This document shows, in pieces, positions 29,781-40,269 of a DNA stretch of 52,904 nucleotides. Within the stretch, counting starts at the first letter, position 1; each line of letters starts with the position of its first letter. The stretch is from positions 1 to 52,904 of IMG/VR virus record IMGVR_UViG_3300013123_000008. One strand, given 5' to 3'. Origin of the DNA: a virus. Taxonomy: Duplodnaviria > Caudoviricetes. Both the position numbers and the translations under genes were made by a program. The notes below the pieces were generated by a model. The model was not told the origin of the DNA and did not search any database. It saw only the letters and a program-made list of their open reading frames with translations.

Positions 29781-31107
29781 ACAACTATTACTTTTTATTG
29801 CACCTGTAAATTCTAGATCTGGATATGGGGAACATTCTCGTGATATTTTGAGGTCATTGATAAAAATAAATAAAAAAACTGATAAATATGAAATACATGT
29901 TTTACCTATTAAATGGGGTATGACTCCATTAAATGTACTTAAAGAAGGTATAGATGATGATATATTAAATTTAATTTTAAAGATACCACATTTAGATAGA
30001 AAACCCGATATATCTATTCAACTAACTGTACCAAATGAATTTAACTCTGGCATTGCAAATTTTAATATTGGAATTACAGCAGGTATTGAAACTACGATGT
30101 GTTCAGCTCAATGGATTGAAGGTATGAACCGTATGAATTTTAATATTGTCCCATCAAATTTTGCTAAAAGTGTATTTGAAAATACAAATTATATAAAGCA
30201 AATTAATGGTAAAAATGTTGGAGAAACACTAAAATGTGTTAAACCTATCTTTGTTTTATTTGAAGGTGTAGACGATAAGGTATATGGTAAATCAAATAAT
30301 ACTGTAACTGATATTAAATTTGATTTGAATAAAATTAAAGAAGACTTTGTATTTTTATTTGTAGGGCATTGGTTAAATGGTGATATAGGACAAGATAGAA
30401 AAGATGTTGGAATGTTAATTAAAGTATTTATGGAAACATTTAAGATTACTCCTAACCCGCCTGCATTATTATTAAAAACTGGATCTGTATTTTCTAAAAT
30501 AGAAAGAGAAGAAATATATACAAAAATAAATGCAATTAAGTCAAGTGTGAAATTGGAAAATAATCAACATATACCTAATGTTTATGTTATTTTTGGTGAT
30601 TTAACTTCAAATGAAATAAATTCACTATATAATCATTCTAAAGTTAAAGCACATGTTACCTTTACTAAAGGCGAAGGTTTTGGCAGACCGTTATTAGAAG
30701 CAAGTTTAAGTGAGAAAATTATAATAGCTAGTGGGTTTAGTGGTCACACAGACTTCTTACCATCTACTGATTGTATTTTATTACCAGGTTCTGTTGAACC
30801 AGTTCATTCGTCGGCAGTTTGGCAAGGTGTTATTGAAAAAGATTCAACGTGGTTTACTGTTAATTATCAAGTTGCATCTAATGCATTACGCCAAGTATGG
30901 AAAAATCCTAGTTCATTCACACACAGAGCTAAAAATTTAGCTAAAAATACATTAAATAAATTTACATTAGATAAAATGACAGACGAACTTGAAAGAATAT
31001 TAAATGAAAATATAAAAAATATACCTGTATTCCAAGAGATGATACTACCTGAACTCAAATTTCCTAAACTTCCAAAACTAACTAAAATAGAGAAAATAAA
31101 TGAATAA
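29770..31107 (+). CDS. GT4 (GT-B) glycosyltransferase
   Basis: SRSGYG, GITAGIET, FLFVGHW, DRKD, GEGFGRPLLEA. Confidence 0.88.
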   Translation: MITKQLLLFIAPVNSRSGYGEHSRDILRSLIKINKKTDKYEIHVLPIKWGMTPLNVLKEGIDDDILNLILKIPHLDRKPDISIQLTVPNEFNSGIANFNIGITAGIETTMCSAQWIEGMNRMNFNIVPSNFAKSVFENTNYIKQINGKNVGETLKCVKPIFVLFEGVDDKVYGKSNNTVTDIKFDLNKIKEDFVFLFVGHWLNGDIGQDRKDVGMLIKVFMETFKITPNPPALLLKTGSVFSKIEREEIYTKINAIKSSVKLENNQHIPNVYVIFGDLTSNEINSLYNHSKVKAHVTFTKGEGFGRPLLEASLSEKIIIASGFSGHTDFLPSTDCILLPGSVEPVHSSAVWQGVIEKDSTWFTVNYQVASNALRQVWKNPSSFTHRAKNLAKNTLNKFTLDKMTDELERILNENIKNIPVFQEMILPELKFPKLPKLTKIEKINE

Positions 31108-31348
31108 ACTAAAATATAAACATTTAACAACTAATGCAGTTGTATATGCTGAAAGAATATTAACAAAACGTACTATAAAGATGATTCTAAATGAATCACA
31201 AGACTCGAATGAAGTAGTTGCAAATGAAGATGATATATTAGTAAGCTATTTTAATGCATCAACAGATACAATAATCAAACAAGTATTATTAAAAGAAAAT
31301 GTTTTTATATCACAATATGTACCAATAAAACAATTATTAATGGATTAA
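31100..31348 (+). CDS. Hypothetical protein
   Basis: 82-aa ORF in the operon. Confidence 0.55.
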   Translation: MNKLKYKHLTTNAVVYAERILTKRTIKMILNESQDSNEVVANEDDILVSYFNASTDTIIKQVLLKENVFISQYVPIKQLLMD

Positions 31349-31349
31349 T

Positions 31350-31814
31350 ATGGAAAAAACATTATGCCCGTGTTGTTCCACTAATAATGTTATAACAGAA
31401 GAAGTAAAACACAAATCTAATACTAGTGTTGTATATAGTTATTTATGTGTTAAGTGTGGATATAGTTCTAATTCATTATTTACAATTGGTAGTGAATCTT
31501 TAAATTCATTTTTTACAACTAATGATAAACAATTAGTTGTTAACCTGAATTATTTTGATGAGTCTACAGGTCTTTATTGGTTTCCTGTTATATTTTTGCA
31601 TGTAACAGGTGCCTTATTTCCAGAAGGCACTGTTGATAATTGGTATTGGGCTTATGTACCAATTATAAAAATAGAAGAAGATGAAAAAGAAAAATATGGT
31701 ACAGAATATAAGACTAGATTTGCAGTTGATAAAATGGAAAAATTTGATAAACTAGATTTTTTAGAAGCATGCAAGAAATTATTTACAATAGATAAAATGA
31801 TAACAGTAGATTAA
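31350..31814 (+). CDS. Zinc-finger hypothetical protein
   Basis: CPCC...CVKCGY, WFP, LFPEG..DNW.W. Confidence 0.7.
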   Translation: MEKTLCPCCSTNNVITEEVKHKSNTSVVYSYLCVKCGYSSNSLFTIGSESLNSFFTTNDKQLVVNLNYFDESTGLYWFPVIFLHVTGALFPEGTVDNWYWAYVPIIKIEEDEKEKYGTEYKTRFAVDKMEKFDKLDFLEACKKLFTIDKMITVD

Positions 31815-31815
31815 T

Positions 31816-32268
31816 ATGAATAGTTTTATTAATGAACACAGGACTAAGATTAAAGGATATACAGTATCTAAATTTAATTACATTAAAATGGGAAATGTAA
31901 TTCGGTTTTCATATCCAAGCGAAACAAATAAATACCCACATGTATTCGTTTTAAATCCGCGATATCAGGGAAAATTGCATGGTCTTGTTGTTGATTATAT
32001 AAATCCAAGGTTATTTAATAAATTAAAAGATTTTATTATATCTGAAGCTGAAGAAGTAGAACCTGGTACACCAAATGATTTGGTTATATCATTGAGAGAG
32101 TTAAGTAAAAATTCTCAAACTCCAATGTCATTTTATGATATTAGATTAAAACCATTTATTAAAAAATATTTAAATGGTATTAATTGTTATAGAACATATG
32201 ATATTGTTAAAATTGGTAATCTTAATAAAGTAAATTATGTATTTAGTAAATACAAAGAAGTATTATGA
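31816..32268 (+). CDS. Possible T4 gp2-like DNA end protector
   Basis: YP.VFVL...LHGL..DYI, FY...K, CYRTY pattern; weak similarity. Confidence 0.4.
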   Translation: MNSFINEHRTKIKGYTVSKFNYIKMGNVIRFSYPSETNKYPHVFVLNPRYQGKLHGLVVDYINPRLFNKLKDFIISEAEEVEPGTPNDLVISLRELSKNSQTPMSFYDIRLKPFIKKYLNGINCYRTYDIVKIGNLNKVNYVFSKYKEVL

Positions 32269-32882
32269 GTATCAGTTTTGCAATAACTGTTAAAGATGAA
32301 ATAGATGAAATTAAAGCACTAGTTGAATTATTATTAAGATATAAATCAACTGATGATGAAATAGTAATCCTTCAAGATATAACTACACATGATCGTAGTG
32401 TTAGAGAATATCTGGCTAATGAAGAACGAGTTACAAAATACATATTTAAATTTGATAATGATTTTTCTAAAATGAAAAATTATATGAATTCAGTTTGTGT
32501 GAAAGATTGGATATTTAATATTGACGCAGATGAATTACCACATGAGTGGTTATTAACAAATTTACCTAAAATATTAAGTAATAATACTACATTAGATGCA
32601 ATATGGGTACCAAGAATTAATATTGTAACTGGAATTACAGAAGAACATATTAGTAAATGGGGTTGGAAGGTTAACAGCCAAGGTTGGATAAACTGGCCGA
32701 ATGATCCGCAATGCAGAATATATAAAAATAGAGCAGATATATATTGGGATAAGAAAGTTCACGAACAACTTATGGGTGGGCGTGTGATAGGTAAATTACC
32801 AGATTTAGAAGAATATTCTATATATCATATTAAAGATATTAAACGACAAGAACAACAAAATAATTTTTATAATACATTATGA
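32265..32882 (+). CDS. GT2 glycosyltransferase
   Basis: ISFAITVKDE, WIFNIDADE, VPRIN, KVHE. Confidence 0.88.
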   Translation: MSISFAITVKDEIDEIKALVELLLRYKSTDDEIVILQDITTHDRSVREYLANEERVTKYIFKFDNDFSKMKNYMNSVCVKDWIFNIDADELPHEWLLTNLPKILSNNTTLDAIWVPRINIVTGITEEHISKWGWKVNSQGWINWPNDPQCRIYKNRADIYWDKKVHEQLMGGRVIGKLPDLEEYSIYHIKDIKRQEQQNNFYNTL

Positions 32883-33724
32883 ATGATTTAACATTTTGCA
32901 TATCAACTTATAATAATCTAGAATATCTAAAAATAGCAATTAAATCGGTTAGAAAAAATAGTTATTTTAAAGATGCACCTTTTATTATTCATGCTGAAAA
33001 TTGTACAGATGGTACAGATGAATGGTTAGGCGAATATTGTGGTCAATACAATTTACAATATTACATAGAAAAAAATGAAATACCAGTTGGTATTGGTGGA
33101 GGTATGAATTTTTGTGCAGATAAAGTTAAAACTAAATATATAAATTTTCTACATTCAGATTTTTATGTAACTAGAGATTGGGATTTAGAATTATTAAAAA
33201 TACATGACAAATATCCAGATGAAAAGCTATGGGTAAATTCGTTTAGAGTTGAACCTAATATATTTAATTCAACAATTAGACCTGGTACATATTTTGTAGA
33301 TAGAGATGTATTTGGTTCATATTGGTATAATTTTAATTCATCTTTATTTGATGAATGGTCTATTAATCTGACTAATATGGGTGATTTTGAAATACCTAAG
33401 GGTGAGGGTGTTAGTGGTTTAGTTAAAAAATCTGTTTGGGATGAAGTTGGTGGAAATGACCCAATATTTGCACCAACAAGTTGGGATGACATGGATTTAT
33501 TTTTACGTATGTTACAACGCGGAGTTAGGTTTATAATGCCAATTAAATCGGTAGTGTGGCATTTTGGTGGAAGAGGTTCTCATAGACTTGAAGAAAATAA
33601 TGGCGTAACGTCTGAAAGACAAAAAATTTCAGAAAATAGAAATTATGTTAAGTTTATACATAAATGGGATGGAAAACCTATATTTGATAAATATGGTATG
33701 ATTGCCGGGATAGAAAAATTTTGA
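32879..33724 (+). CDS. GT2 glycosyltransferase
   Basis: ISTYN, TDGT, FLHSD, VGG.D, WDDMD, WHFG. Confidence 0.85.
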   Translation: MNDLTFCISTYNNLEYLKIAIKSVRKNSYFKDAPFIIHAENCTDGTDEWLGEYCGQYNLQYYIEKNEIPVGIGGGMNFCADKVKTKYINFLHSDFYVTRDWDLELLKIHDKYPDEKLWVNSFRVEPNIFNSTIRPGTYFVDRDVFGSYWYNFNSSLFDEWSINLTNMGDFEIPKGEGVSGLVKKSVWDEVGGNDPIFAPTSWDDMDLFLRMLQRGVRFIMPIKSVVWHFGGRGSHRLEENNGVTSERQKISENRNYVKFIHKWDGKPIFDKYGMIAGIEKF

Positions 33725-34212
33725 AAACTTTAATTTATAAAAATAAAAAATATCCACTATTCCAGTCTAGTGGTTATGCTGCTAAATTTGCAATACCATA
33801 CGCGCAAACAATGTGTAATGGTAAAGGGTATGATATTGGGTGTATGAAAAAAGAATGGGCATTTCCTACTTCTATACCAATAGATTTAAATTTTAATAAC
33901 GGGTTTAATGCAACCAATTTACCGGAAAATAATGTTGATTATATATTTTCAAGTCATTGTTTAGAACATATTCCAAACTGGGTATATGTTATGGAATATT
34001 GGTATAGTGTTTTACGTGTCGGCGGTATACTTTTTTTATATTTACCAGATTATTCTCAAGAGTATTGGAGACCATGGAATAATAAAAAACATTTACATAT
34101 ATTTTCACCTCAGATAATCGAAGATGTTATGATACATTTAAGTTATATAAATATATTTAAATCTGGGATTGATTTAAATAATTCATTTATGATATGTGGT
34201 GAAAAAGCATGA
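33721..34212 (+). CDS. Class I SAM-dependent methyltransferase
   Basis: DIGC, DYIFSSHCLEH, LRVGG.LFLYLP. Confidence 0.85.
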   Translation: MKTLIYKNKKYPLFQSSGYAAKFAIPYAQTMCNGKGYDIGCMKKEWAFPTSIPIDLNFNNGFNATNLPENNVDYIFSSHCLEHIPNWVYVMEYWYSVLRVGGILFLYLPDYSQEYWRPWNNKKHLHIFSPQIIEDVMIHLSYINIFKSGIDLNNSFMICGEKA

Positions 34213-35036
34213 ATGTCGTAATAACTGGTTATACGGGGTTTTTGGGTAAAAATATTTTAGAATATTTTCAATATTTCGATAATACTAATTTTTTATTAAT
34301 AGATAGAGATTATAATAAAATTAAAGATATAAAAAAATTTAAACCAGATTACATATTTCATTTCGGTGCAGAAATATACGATTATACTAAAATGTTTTCA
34401 GCAAATATCGAATTTACATATCTACTATTAGAAGAAATTAAAGATATAGATTTTAAATTATTTGTTAATTGTGGTTCATCATCAGAATATGGTAATAAAA
34501 TAAAACCAATGTCAGAACATGATGTCATAATACCACAGAATTTATATGATGCTACAAAATCTTCTGCTACATTATTAAGTACAGCTTTTGCTAAAATGTA
34601 TAATAAACCTATTATTACAATACGTCCATTTTCTGTATATGGCAAATATGAAAAAGAACATAGATTTATTCCTACAATTTTTAGAAAATTTTTTAATAAT
34701 GAAGAAATTACAATATATGACGGTGTACATGATTTTATACATATAAATGATTTTATTAATTCAATTGATTTAATACTTAAATCAAATAATACAATAGGCG
34801 ATATAATTAATATAGGAACAGGTATACAGCATAGTAATATGTATGTATATGACACAATGTGTAATATTTTTTCATACACAATTCCTATTATACACTATAA
34901 TTACAAATTAAAAAATACTGATTCTGATGTATGGGTATCAGATACATCATACTGTATAAATAAATATAATTTTAGTCCAAAATATAATTTATATGAAGGG
35001 TTAATGCTGGAATATGCACGTAGAAGTAATACATAA
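34209..35036 (+). CDS. NAD-dependent epimerase/dehydratase
   Basis: TGYTGFLG, GSSSEYG, YDATK, RPFSVYG, DFIHI.D. Confidence 0.92.
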   Translation: MNVVITGYTGFLGKNILEYFQYFDNTNFLLIDRDYNKIKDIKKFKPDYIFHFGAEIYDYTKMFSANIEFTYLLLEEIKDIDFKLFVNCGSSSEYGNKIKPMSEHDVIIPQNLYDATKSSATLLSTAFAKMYNKPIITIRPFSVYGKYEKEHRFIPTIFRKFFNNEEITIYDGVHDFIHINDFINSIDLILKSNNTIGDIINIGTGIQHSNMYVYDTMCNIFSYTIPIIHYNYKLKNTDSDVWVSDTSYCINKYNFSPKYNLYEGLMLEYARRSNT

Positions 35037-35634
35037 ATTAAATAGACGTGTATTAGAACTTAGTATTAAATATAAACTTTCTCATCTAGGAAGTTGTTTA
35101 ACGTCATTACCAATTATATATAACATATATTTAACAAAAAAATTTGACGATAAGTTTGTATTATCAAACGGACATGCCGGTTTAGCTTTATATGTTGTAT
35201 TAGAATATTTTTATAATGTAAATGCAGAACAATTATTAATATTATACGGCATACACCCTGAACGTGATTTAAATAATCATATAGACGTTTCTACTGGTAG
35301 TTTAGGATTAGGTATTACAATTGCTACTGGGATTGCATTAACAAACCCAAATATTAAAGTATATTGCTTAATATCTGACGGTGAGAGTACTGAGGGTAGT
35401 GTATGGGAATCACTTAGATTCATAGATGAATTTAATATAACTAATATAGAAGTATACGTGAATATAAATGGTTGGTCTGCATATAAACAAATAGATATAA
35501 ATAAACTGGTTAATAGGCTTAAAACATTTTTACCCAGTATCCATATTGTATATACTAATACAGATGATATAATTCAGTTTGATACACCACTAGCTGCACA
35601 TTACACACCAGCTAATATTAATATGAGAATATAA
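35014..35634 (+). CDS. Transketolase-like N-terminal (TPP-binding) subunit
   Basis: SHLGS, LSNGHA, GIHP, STGSLGLG, SDGE..EGSVWE. Confidence 0.9.
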   Translation: MHVEVIHKLNRRVLELSIKYKLSHLGSCLTSLPIIYNIYLTKKFDDKFVLSNGHAGLALYVVLEYFYNVNAEQLLILYGIHPERDLNNHIDVSTGSLGLGITIATGIALTNPNIKVYCLISDGESTEGSVWESLRFIDEFNITNIEVYVNINGWSAYKQIDINKLVNRLKTFLPSIHIVYTNTDDIIQFDTPLAAHYTPANINMRI

Positions 35635-35636
35635 TA

Positions 35637-36322
35637 ATGAATACACGTCAATTAAAATGTAATAACGGACAAATTTATACACTTAATTTAGATACACCTG
35701 AATTAATAGAACATTTTAATAATCCTAGATGTTGTACTATACCCATATTAAACCAAATAAATAATAATTATTATAATAGATTTATAGATATTACTGATAA
35801 TATAATATTAGACTTAGGGGCAAATATAGGGTTGGTATCAATCTATATGTCTTCGTACGCAAATAAAATAATATCGATAGAACCAACCCCATCACATTTA
35901 ATATGTTAAAACATATTACAAAAGATTTTCATAATATAGAATGTGTAAATTGTGCAATATCTGATATAAATGAAGTTACAAATTTTTATTTGTTAAGTGA
36001 TACGACTGAAAATTCATTATGTTCAGACAAAGGTGGTACTGCAATAAAAGTACAAACATATACCTTAAAAAATATTATTGATATGTTTAATTTGGAATTT
36101 ATAGATTTTGTTAAAATTGATATAGAAGGTTCCGAAATTAAATTTTTAAGTAATGAGAATATAGAATGTATGAATAAATATGTAAAGAAATTTTTTATAG
36201 AATTTCATACAACTAATAATATCAATTATATAGAATACAGAAATAAATATAATACGATTTTTTCTAATTTAGGATGGATAACAGAAAATGTGAATGAAGA
36301 TTCATTATACTGTCACAAATAA
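35637..36322 (+). pseudogene. FkbM-family methyltransferase split by one frameshift near 35900 (ORFs 35637-35909 and 35903-36322)
   Basis: LDLGANIG and IEP in the first ORF; CAIS, KIDIEGSE, IEFH in the second; one base missing in tcacatttaat. Confidence 0.75.
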
Positions 36323-36324
36323 AT

Positions 36325-36798
36325 ATGAGAAGAATATTTGTTAAATTTTTAGAAAATAGAATTAAAAGTGATAATTCAATTTTAGTTATATCTGCCGATT
36401 TGGGTTATGGCATGTTTGACTCAATACGAGATAAATACCCAACTAATTTTATAAATTGTGGTGCTTCAGAACAATTAATGATAGGGTTATGTATCGGTGC
36501 TGCGTATAGTGGGAAAAAACCAATTGCATATTCGATAACACCGTTTTTATTATATAGACCATTCGAACTAATTCGAAATTACATTAACAGAGAAAAATTA
36601 AATATTAAATTGGTTGGGGCAGGAAGAGACAAAGATTATCTAGATGATGGGTTTAGTCACTGGGCTGAAGATGATAGTATTATTATGAACTCATTTAAAA
36701 ATATAAAATCGTATTGGCCAGAGATTACAGATATTGACCGAACATTATCTTTAGTATTTGATTCATATGAACCATGCTATATTAATTTAAGGAGATAA
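36325..36798 (+). CDS. Transketolase-like pyrimidine-binding subunit
   Basis: SADLGY, INCGASEQ, FLLYRPFELIR, GFSHW, YINL. Confidence 0.88.
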   Translation: MRRIFVKFLENRIKSDNSILVISADLGYGMFDSIRDKYPTNFINCGASEQLMIGLCIGAAYSGKKPIAYSITPFLLYRPFELIRNYINREKLNIKLVGAGRDKDYLDDGFSHWAEDDSIIMNSFKNIKSYWPEITDIDRTLSLVFDSYEPCYINLRR

Positions 36799-36800
36799 TA

Positions 36801-37400
36801 TTGGGTAATCCACTAAACAAATTAGATTTACAATTATTATGCGATAAATATAATATTCAAGTATATGTAGAAACAGGTACTGGCGAAGGTAATAGTTTAA
36901 TTTCTGCATTAAAATTAAATAGAATTAATAAATTTTATACTATTGATTTAGATACAGATATATTAAAATCTACATCTAATAAAATAGGAAATTTACATAA
37001 TATAATTTATATAAATGATAATTCTATAAATGCATTAAATACAATTTTATTAGAATTAAAAAACGTATCTAATATATTATTTTTTTTAGATGCGCATTTC
37101 CCATTTGCAGATTTTAAAAAAATATCATATGAAGAGTCAATAACCAAGTATCATAATTATGCTACTCCATTAAAAAATGAATTAGAGTTAATTTATGAAT
37201 TTAGACACAATAATAATGATCTTATAATCTTAGATGATTTGAGAATTTATAAAGATGATAATTTTTCAGATGGAAATTGGGAAAACAGAATTAAATATAA
37301 TATTGGAAATGAACAATTTATATATAATATTTTTTCAGATAGAATTATAACGGAATATTATACCGAACAGGGATTTATTTTAATAGAACCTAAGATATGA
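36801..37400 (+). CDS. SAM-dependent methyltransferase-like protein
   Basis: VETGTGEG, FFLDAH, ILDDLR. Confidence 0.7.
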   Translation: MGNPLNKLDLQLLCDKYNIQVYVETGTGEGNSLISALKLNRINKFYTIDLDTDILKSTSNKIGNLHNIIYINDNSINALNTILLELKNVSNILFFLDAHFPFADFKKISYEESITKYHNYATPLKNELELIYEFRHNNNDLIILDDLRIYKDDNFSDGNWENRIKYNIGNEQFIYNIFSDRIITEYYTEQGFILIEPKI

Positions 37401-38161
37401 AAGATATAGTATTTTGCACACATGTATCTGATCATTTGTATAATACAATTGGTGCAAATAAATTTGTAAAATCTGCAAGATTTTTTCATCCAGAAATAGA
37501 TTTAGTTGTATTTGATAATAAAATATTAATTCCGTTAATGCAGAATGATAATAGAATTAACTGGAACAATATACACCCCATAGTATCTCGTACACTAGCT
37601 AATCAATATAAAACAGTAATTCATTTTGATGCAGATTCAATGTTAACTGGTAAATTAACTGAATTATTAGATGCAATTAAACAATATGACGTAGTAGGTG
37701 TTAGAAATAATAATGATTTTCAAAAAGCAGGAAAAGATTCACCTATATCTTGCCACGGTGTACCATATAACAAATATTTAAATGCTGGATTAGTTGCTGT
37801 ATCTAACCCTGGATTTTATGAAGATTGGATTAAATTAAATTTTGAAAAATCTGATTTTCTTCCGTTCGGTGAAAATGATGTATTGAATATGTTAATTTAT
37901 AATTCTGATATATATAGCAGTTTTATTATAGACGATATTGATTCTAAAGTTCATTATGGTGTATCAGGTTTATACGGAAATAATACACATTGGGATTCAT
38001 GGAAAGATATAACTATAGACAATAATAATTTAATACTTAACAACAAAATAGTTAAAGTATTACATCACGCTGGTGGTTTTAATTCTAATAAGTTAAATTT
38101 TGATATGTTTTCAAACGAGGTTAAAACTAGGTTAACCGAAATATATGAATGTAATAATTGA
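37397..38161 (+). CDS. GT8-like (GT-A) glycosyltransferase
   Basis: HFDADS, LNAGL, ENDVLN, LHHAG. Confidence 0.8.
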   Translation: MKDIVFCTHVSDHLYNTIGANKFVKSARFFHPEIDLVVFDNKILIPLMQNDNRINWNNIHPIVSRTLANQYKTVIHFDADSMLTGKLTELLDAIKQYDVVGVRNNNDFQKAGKDSPISCHGVPYNKYLNAGLVAVSNPGFYEDWIKLNFEKSDFLPFGENDVLNMLIYNSDIYSSFIIDDIDSKVHYGVSGLYGNNTHWDSWKDITIDNNNLILNNKIVKVLHHAGGFNSNKLNFDMFSNEVKTRLTEIYECNN

Positions 38162-38819
38162 CCAACCATTTGGTATTGGAGATATATTATTTCTTTCACC
38201 ATTAGTAAAATATTTGAATTTTAAAAATACAATTTGGCCGGTGGTTGATCATTATATTTGGATTAAAGATTATATTAAAATTAAGAATTTAAACTTTATA
38301 GAAATGTCAAAACATAATAATACTAAAAATTTTATTAATATTCCATTTAAAGATGCGTGGCTAATTAATAGATATGCATCTGATTGTATGATAGCTAAGT
38401 ATATGTTATTTAAAGATGTCGATTTTAATATATGGAAGACATTATCTTTCGATAGAAATTTAGAAAAAGAAAACAAATTAAAATCTTATTTAGGTATTAA
38501 TTATGATATACCATATATATTTATTAATAATAATTTTGCATCTCGTGAATATAATTATCAAATCGATATTAAAGTAAAAGATAATATTAATATTGTAAAA
38601 TTAGAATATATTGAGGGGTATACTTTATTAGATTGGTGTGGTATTATAGAAAATGCGATTGAAATACACACAGTATCAACTGCGTTATTCTTTATGATTG
38701 AATATTTAACTTTAAAAACTAATAAATTACACTTATATCCTAGAAAACCATTAGATACAGATTTTAGTTCGATTTATAGTTTAATACAAAATAATAATAA
38801 ATGGATATATCATGAGTAA
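38145..38819 (+). CDS. Probable GT-B glycosyltransferase
   Basis: QPFGIGD, LLDW..IIENA.EIHTVST; cluster context. Confidence 0.55.
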   Translation: MNVIIDQPFGIGDILFLSPLVKYLNFKNTIWPVVDHYIWIKDYIKIKNLNFIEMSKHNNTKNFINIPFKDAWLINRYASDCMIAKYMLFKDVDFNIWKTLSFDRNLEKENKLKSYLGINYDIPYIFINNNFASREYNYQIDIKVKDNINIVKLEYIEGYTLLDWCGIIENAIEIHTVSTALFFMIEYLTLKTNKLHLYPRKPLDTDFSSIYSLIQNNNKWIYHE

Positions 38820-39519
38820 ACTGAAAGTATTTCTTAGACAAAATAATACATCTAATTTATCAAAACACAGTATAAGACCTCGATGGTTCTCATATGAAGC
38901 ATGTTATAAATCTATAAAAAAATCTAATGATATAGAATTGACAGTATTAATAGATGGTACTGAAGCAAATCATCATTTTAAATTTAATAATGATAAAATA
39001 ATAGAACTTACAGGTGGTAGTGATGCCGCAAGTTTATTAAAGGCGTTTGAATATATAAAATCACTTAATTTAGATGATAATGATATTGTATATTTAGTAG
39101 AAGATGATTATCTACACGCGCCCGGGTGGGATAAAATATTATTAGAAGTATTAGACGACATAAATGGAATTGATTATGCAACATTATACGATCACAATGA
39201 CAAATACACATTTGATATGTATAGATCATTGCAATCTTCTGTATTCTATACCAAATCTACACATTGGAGAAGTACACCTTCAACATGTAATACATACGCA
39301 GGCAAATGGAAAACATTTAAAAAACACTGGGATGATTATCATATAAAATGGTGCATGCCACAATATACTCATGGTGGATATGACCATACTAAATTTTTAA
39401 AATTATGGGAAAATGGGTCAAATTTAGTATCAAGTATTCCCGGGTATAGTACTCACTGCCATATACCGTTTTTGTCTCCGATAATAGATTGGGAAAAAAT
39501 TAATGATTTATTTATATAG
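38812..39519 (+). CDS. GT-A glycosyltransferase
   Basis: VYLVEDDYLH, TLYDH.DKY, PGYSTH. Confidence 0.7.
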   Translation: MSKLKVFLRQNNTSNLSKHSIRPRWFSYEACYKSIKKSNDIELTVLIDGTEANHHFKFNNDKIIELTGGSDAASLLKAFEYIKSLNLDDNDIVYLVEDDYLHAPGWDKILLEVLDDINGIDYATLYDHNDKYTFDMYRSLQSSVFYTKSTHWRSTPSTCNTYAGKWKTFKKHWDDYHIKWCMPQYTHGGYDHTKFLKLWENGSNLVSSIPGYSTHCHIPFLSPIIDWEKINDLFI

Positions 39520-39525
39520 ATTGTT

Positions 39526-40269
39526 ATGTTATTAGCAACTTTAAACCATAATTTACCAGATTTAACTGATAATTTAGTTAATCAGTTATCTAAAGATCTA
39601 TTATTTTCTGAATGTGAATTAATGGTAGTAGATAACGGTTCTACAGAACCGTATGCTAAATCTACTACACATAAATTAAGTGAAAATGTATTTTTTGGTG
39701 GTGGAATTAATACTGTACTAGAATATTTTTTAACCACTACACATGATTATCTATATTTCTTAAATAATGATTTAATATTTCATGGACCTAGTTTTTTAAC
39801 TACTTCCTTAAAAGAAGCAATAAATAGTAACGCATCAGTTTATTCACCTTCTATTATAAATGCTGAACCATCCCAATGCCATTGGAAACAAATGTGGAAT
39901 TGGGGTCATGAATTACGGAATGTAAAATGGATAGATTTTCAAAGTCCGTTGCTTAGAAGAGATGTATTGGAATTAATAGTTCAATACCCTTCAGAATTAA
40001 TATATGGGTGGGGTATAGATTTCTATACAGGGTGTATAACTGAAACACATAATTTAAAAACTGTAGTTTCAGATACAAACACTATATGTCATTTAAATTC
40101 ACAAACATTTAAGCAAAACAAAATTAATATTGGAACAAAACAGTTTTGTTCAAACGCAGAATATGCAATGCTTAATTATTTTTCAAATTCAACATTTCAA
40201 GATTTATATTTTTATTTAAGAAAATATGGAGAAACATATGGCAGAAATAACATATTGTATACCAAGTAA
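39526..40269 (+). CDS. GT2 glycosyltransferase
   Basis: VVDNGS, FLNND, YGWGID, ICHL. Confidence 0.8.
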   Translation: MLLATLNHNLPDLTDNLVNQLSKDLLFSECELMVVDNGSTEPYAKSTTHKLSENVFFGGGINTVLEYFLTTTHDYLYFLNNDLIFHGPSFLTTSLKEAINSNASVYSPSIINAEPSQCHWKQMWNWGHELRNVKWIDFQSPLLRRDVLELIVQYPSELIYGWGIDFYTGCITETHNLKTVVSDTNTICHLNSQTFKQNKINIGTKQFCSNAEYAMLNYFSNSTFQDLYFYLRKYGETYGRNNILYTK

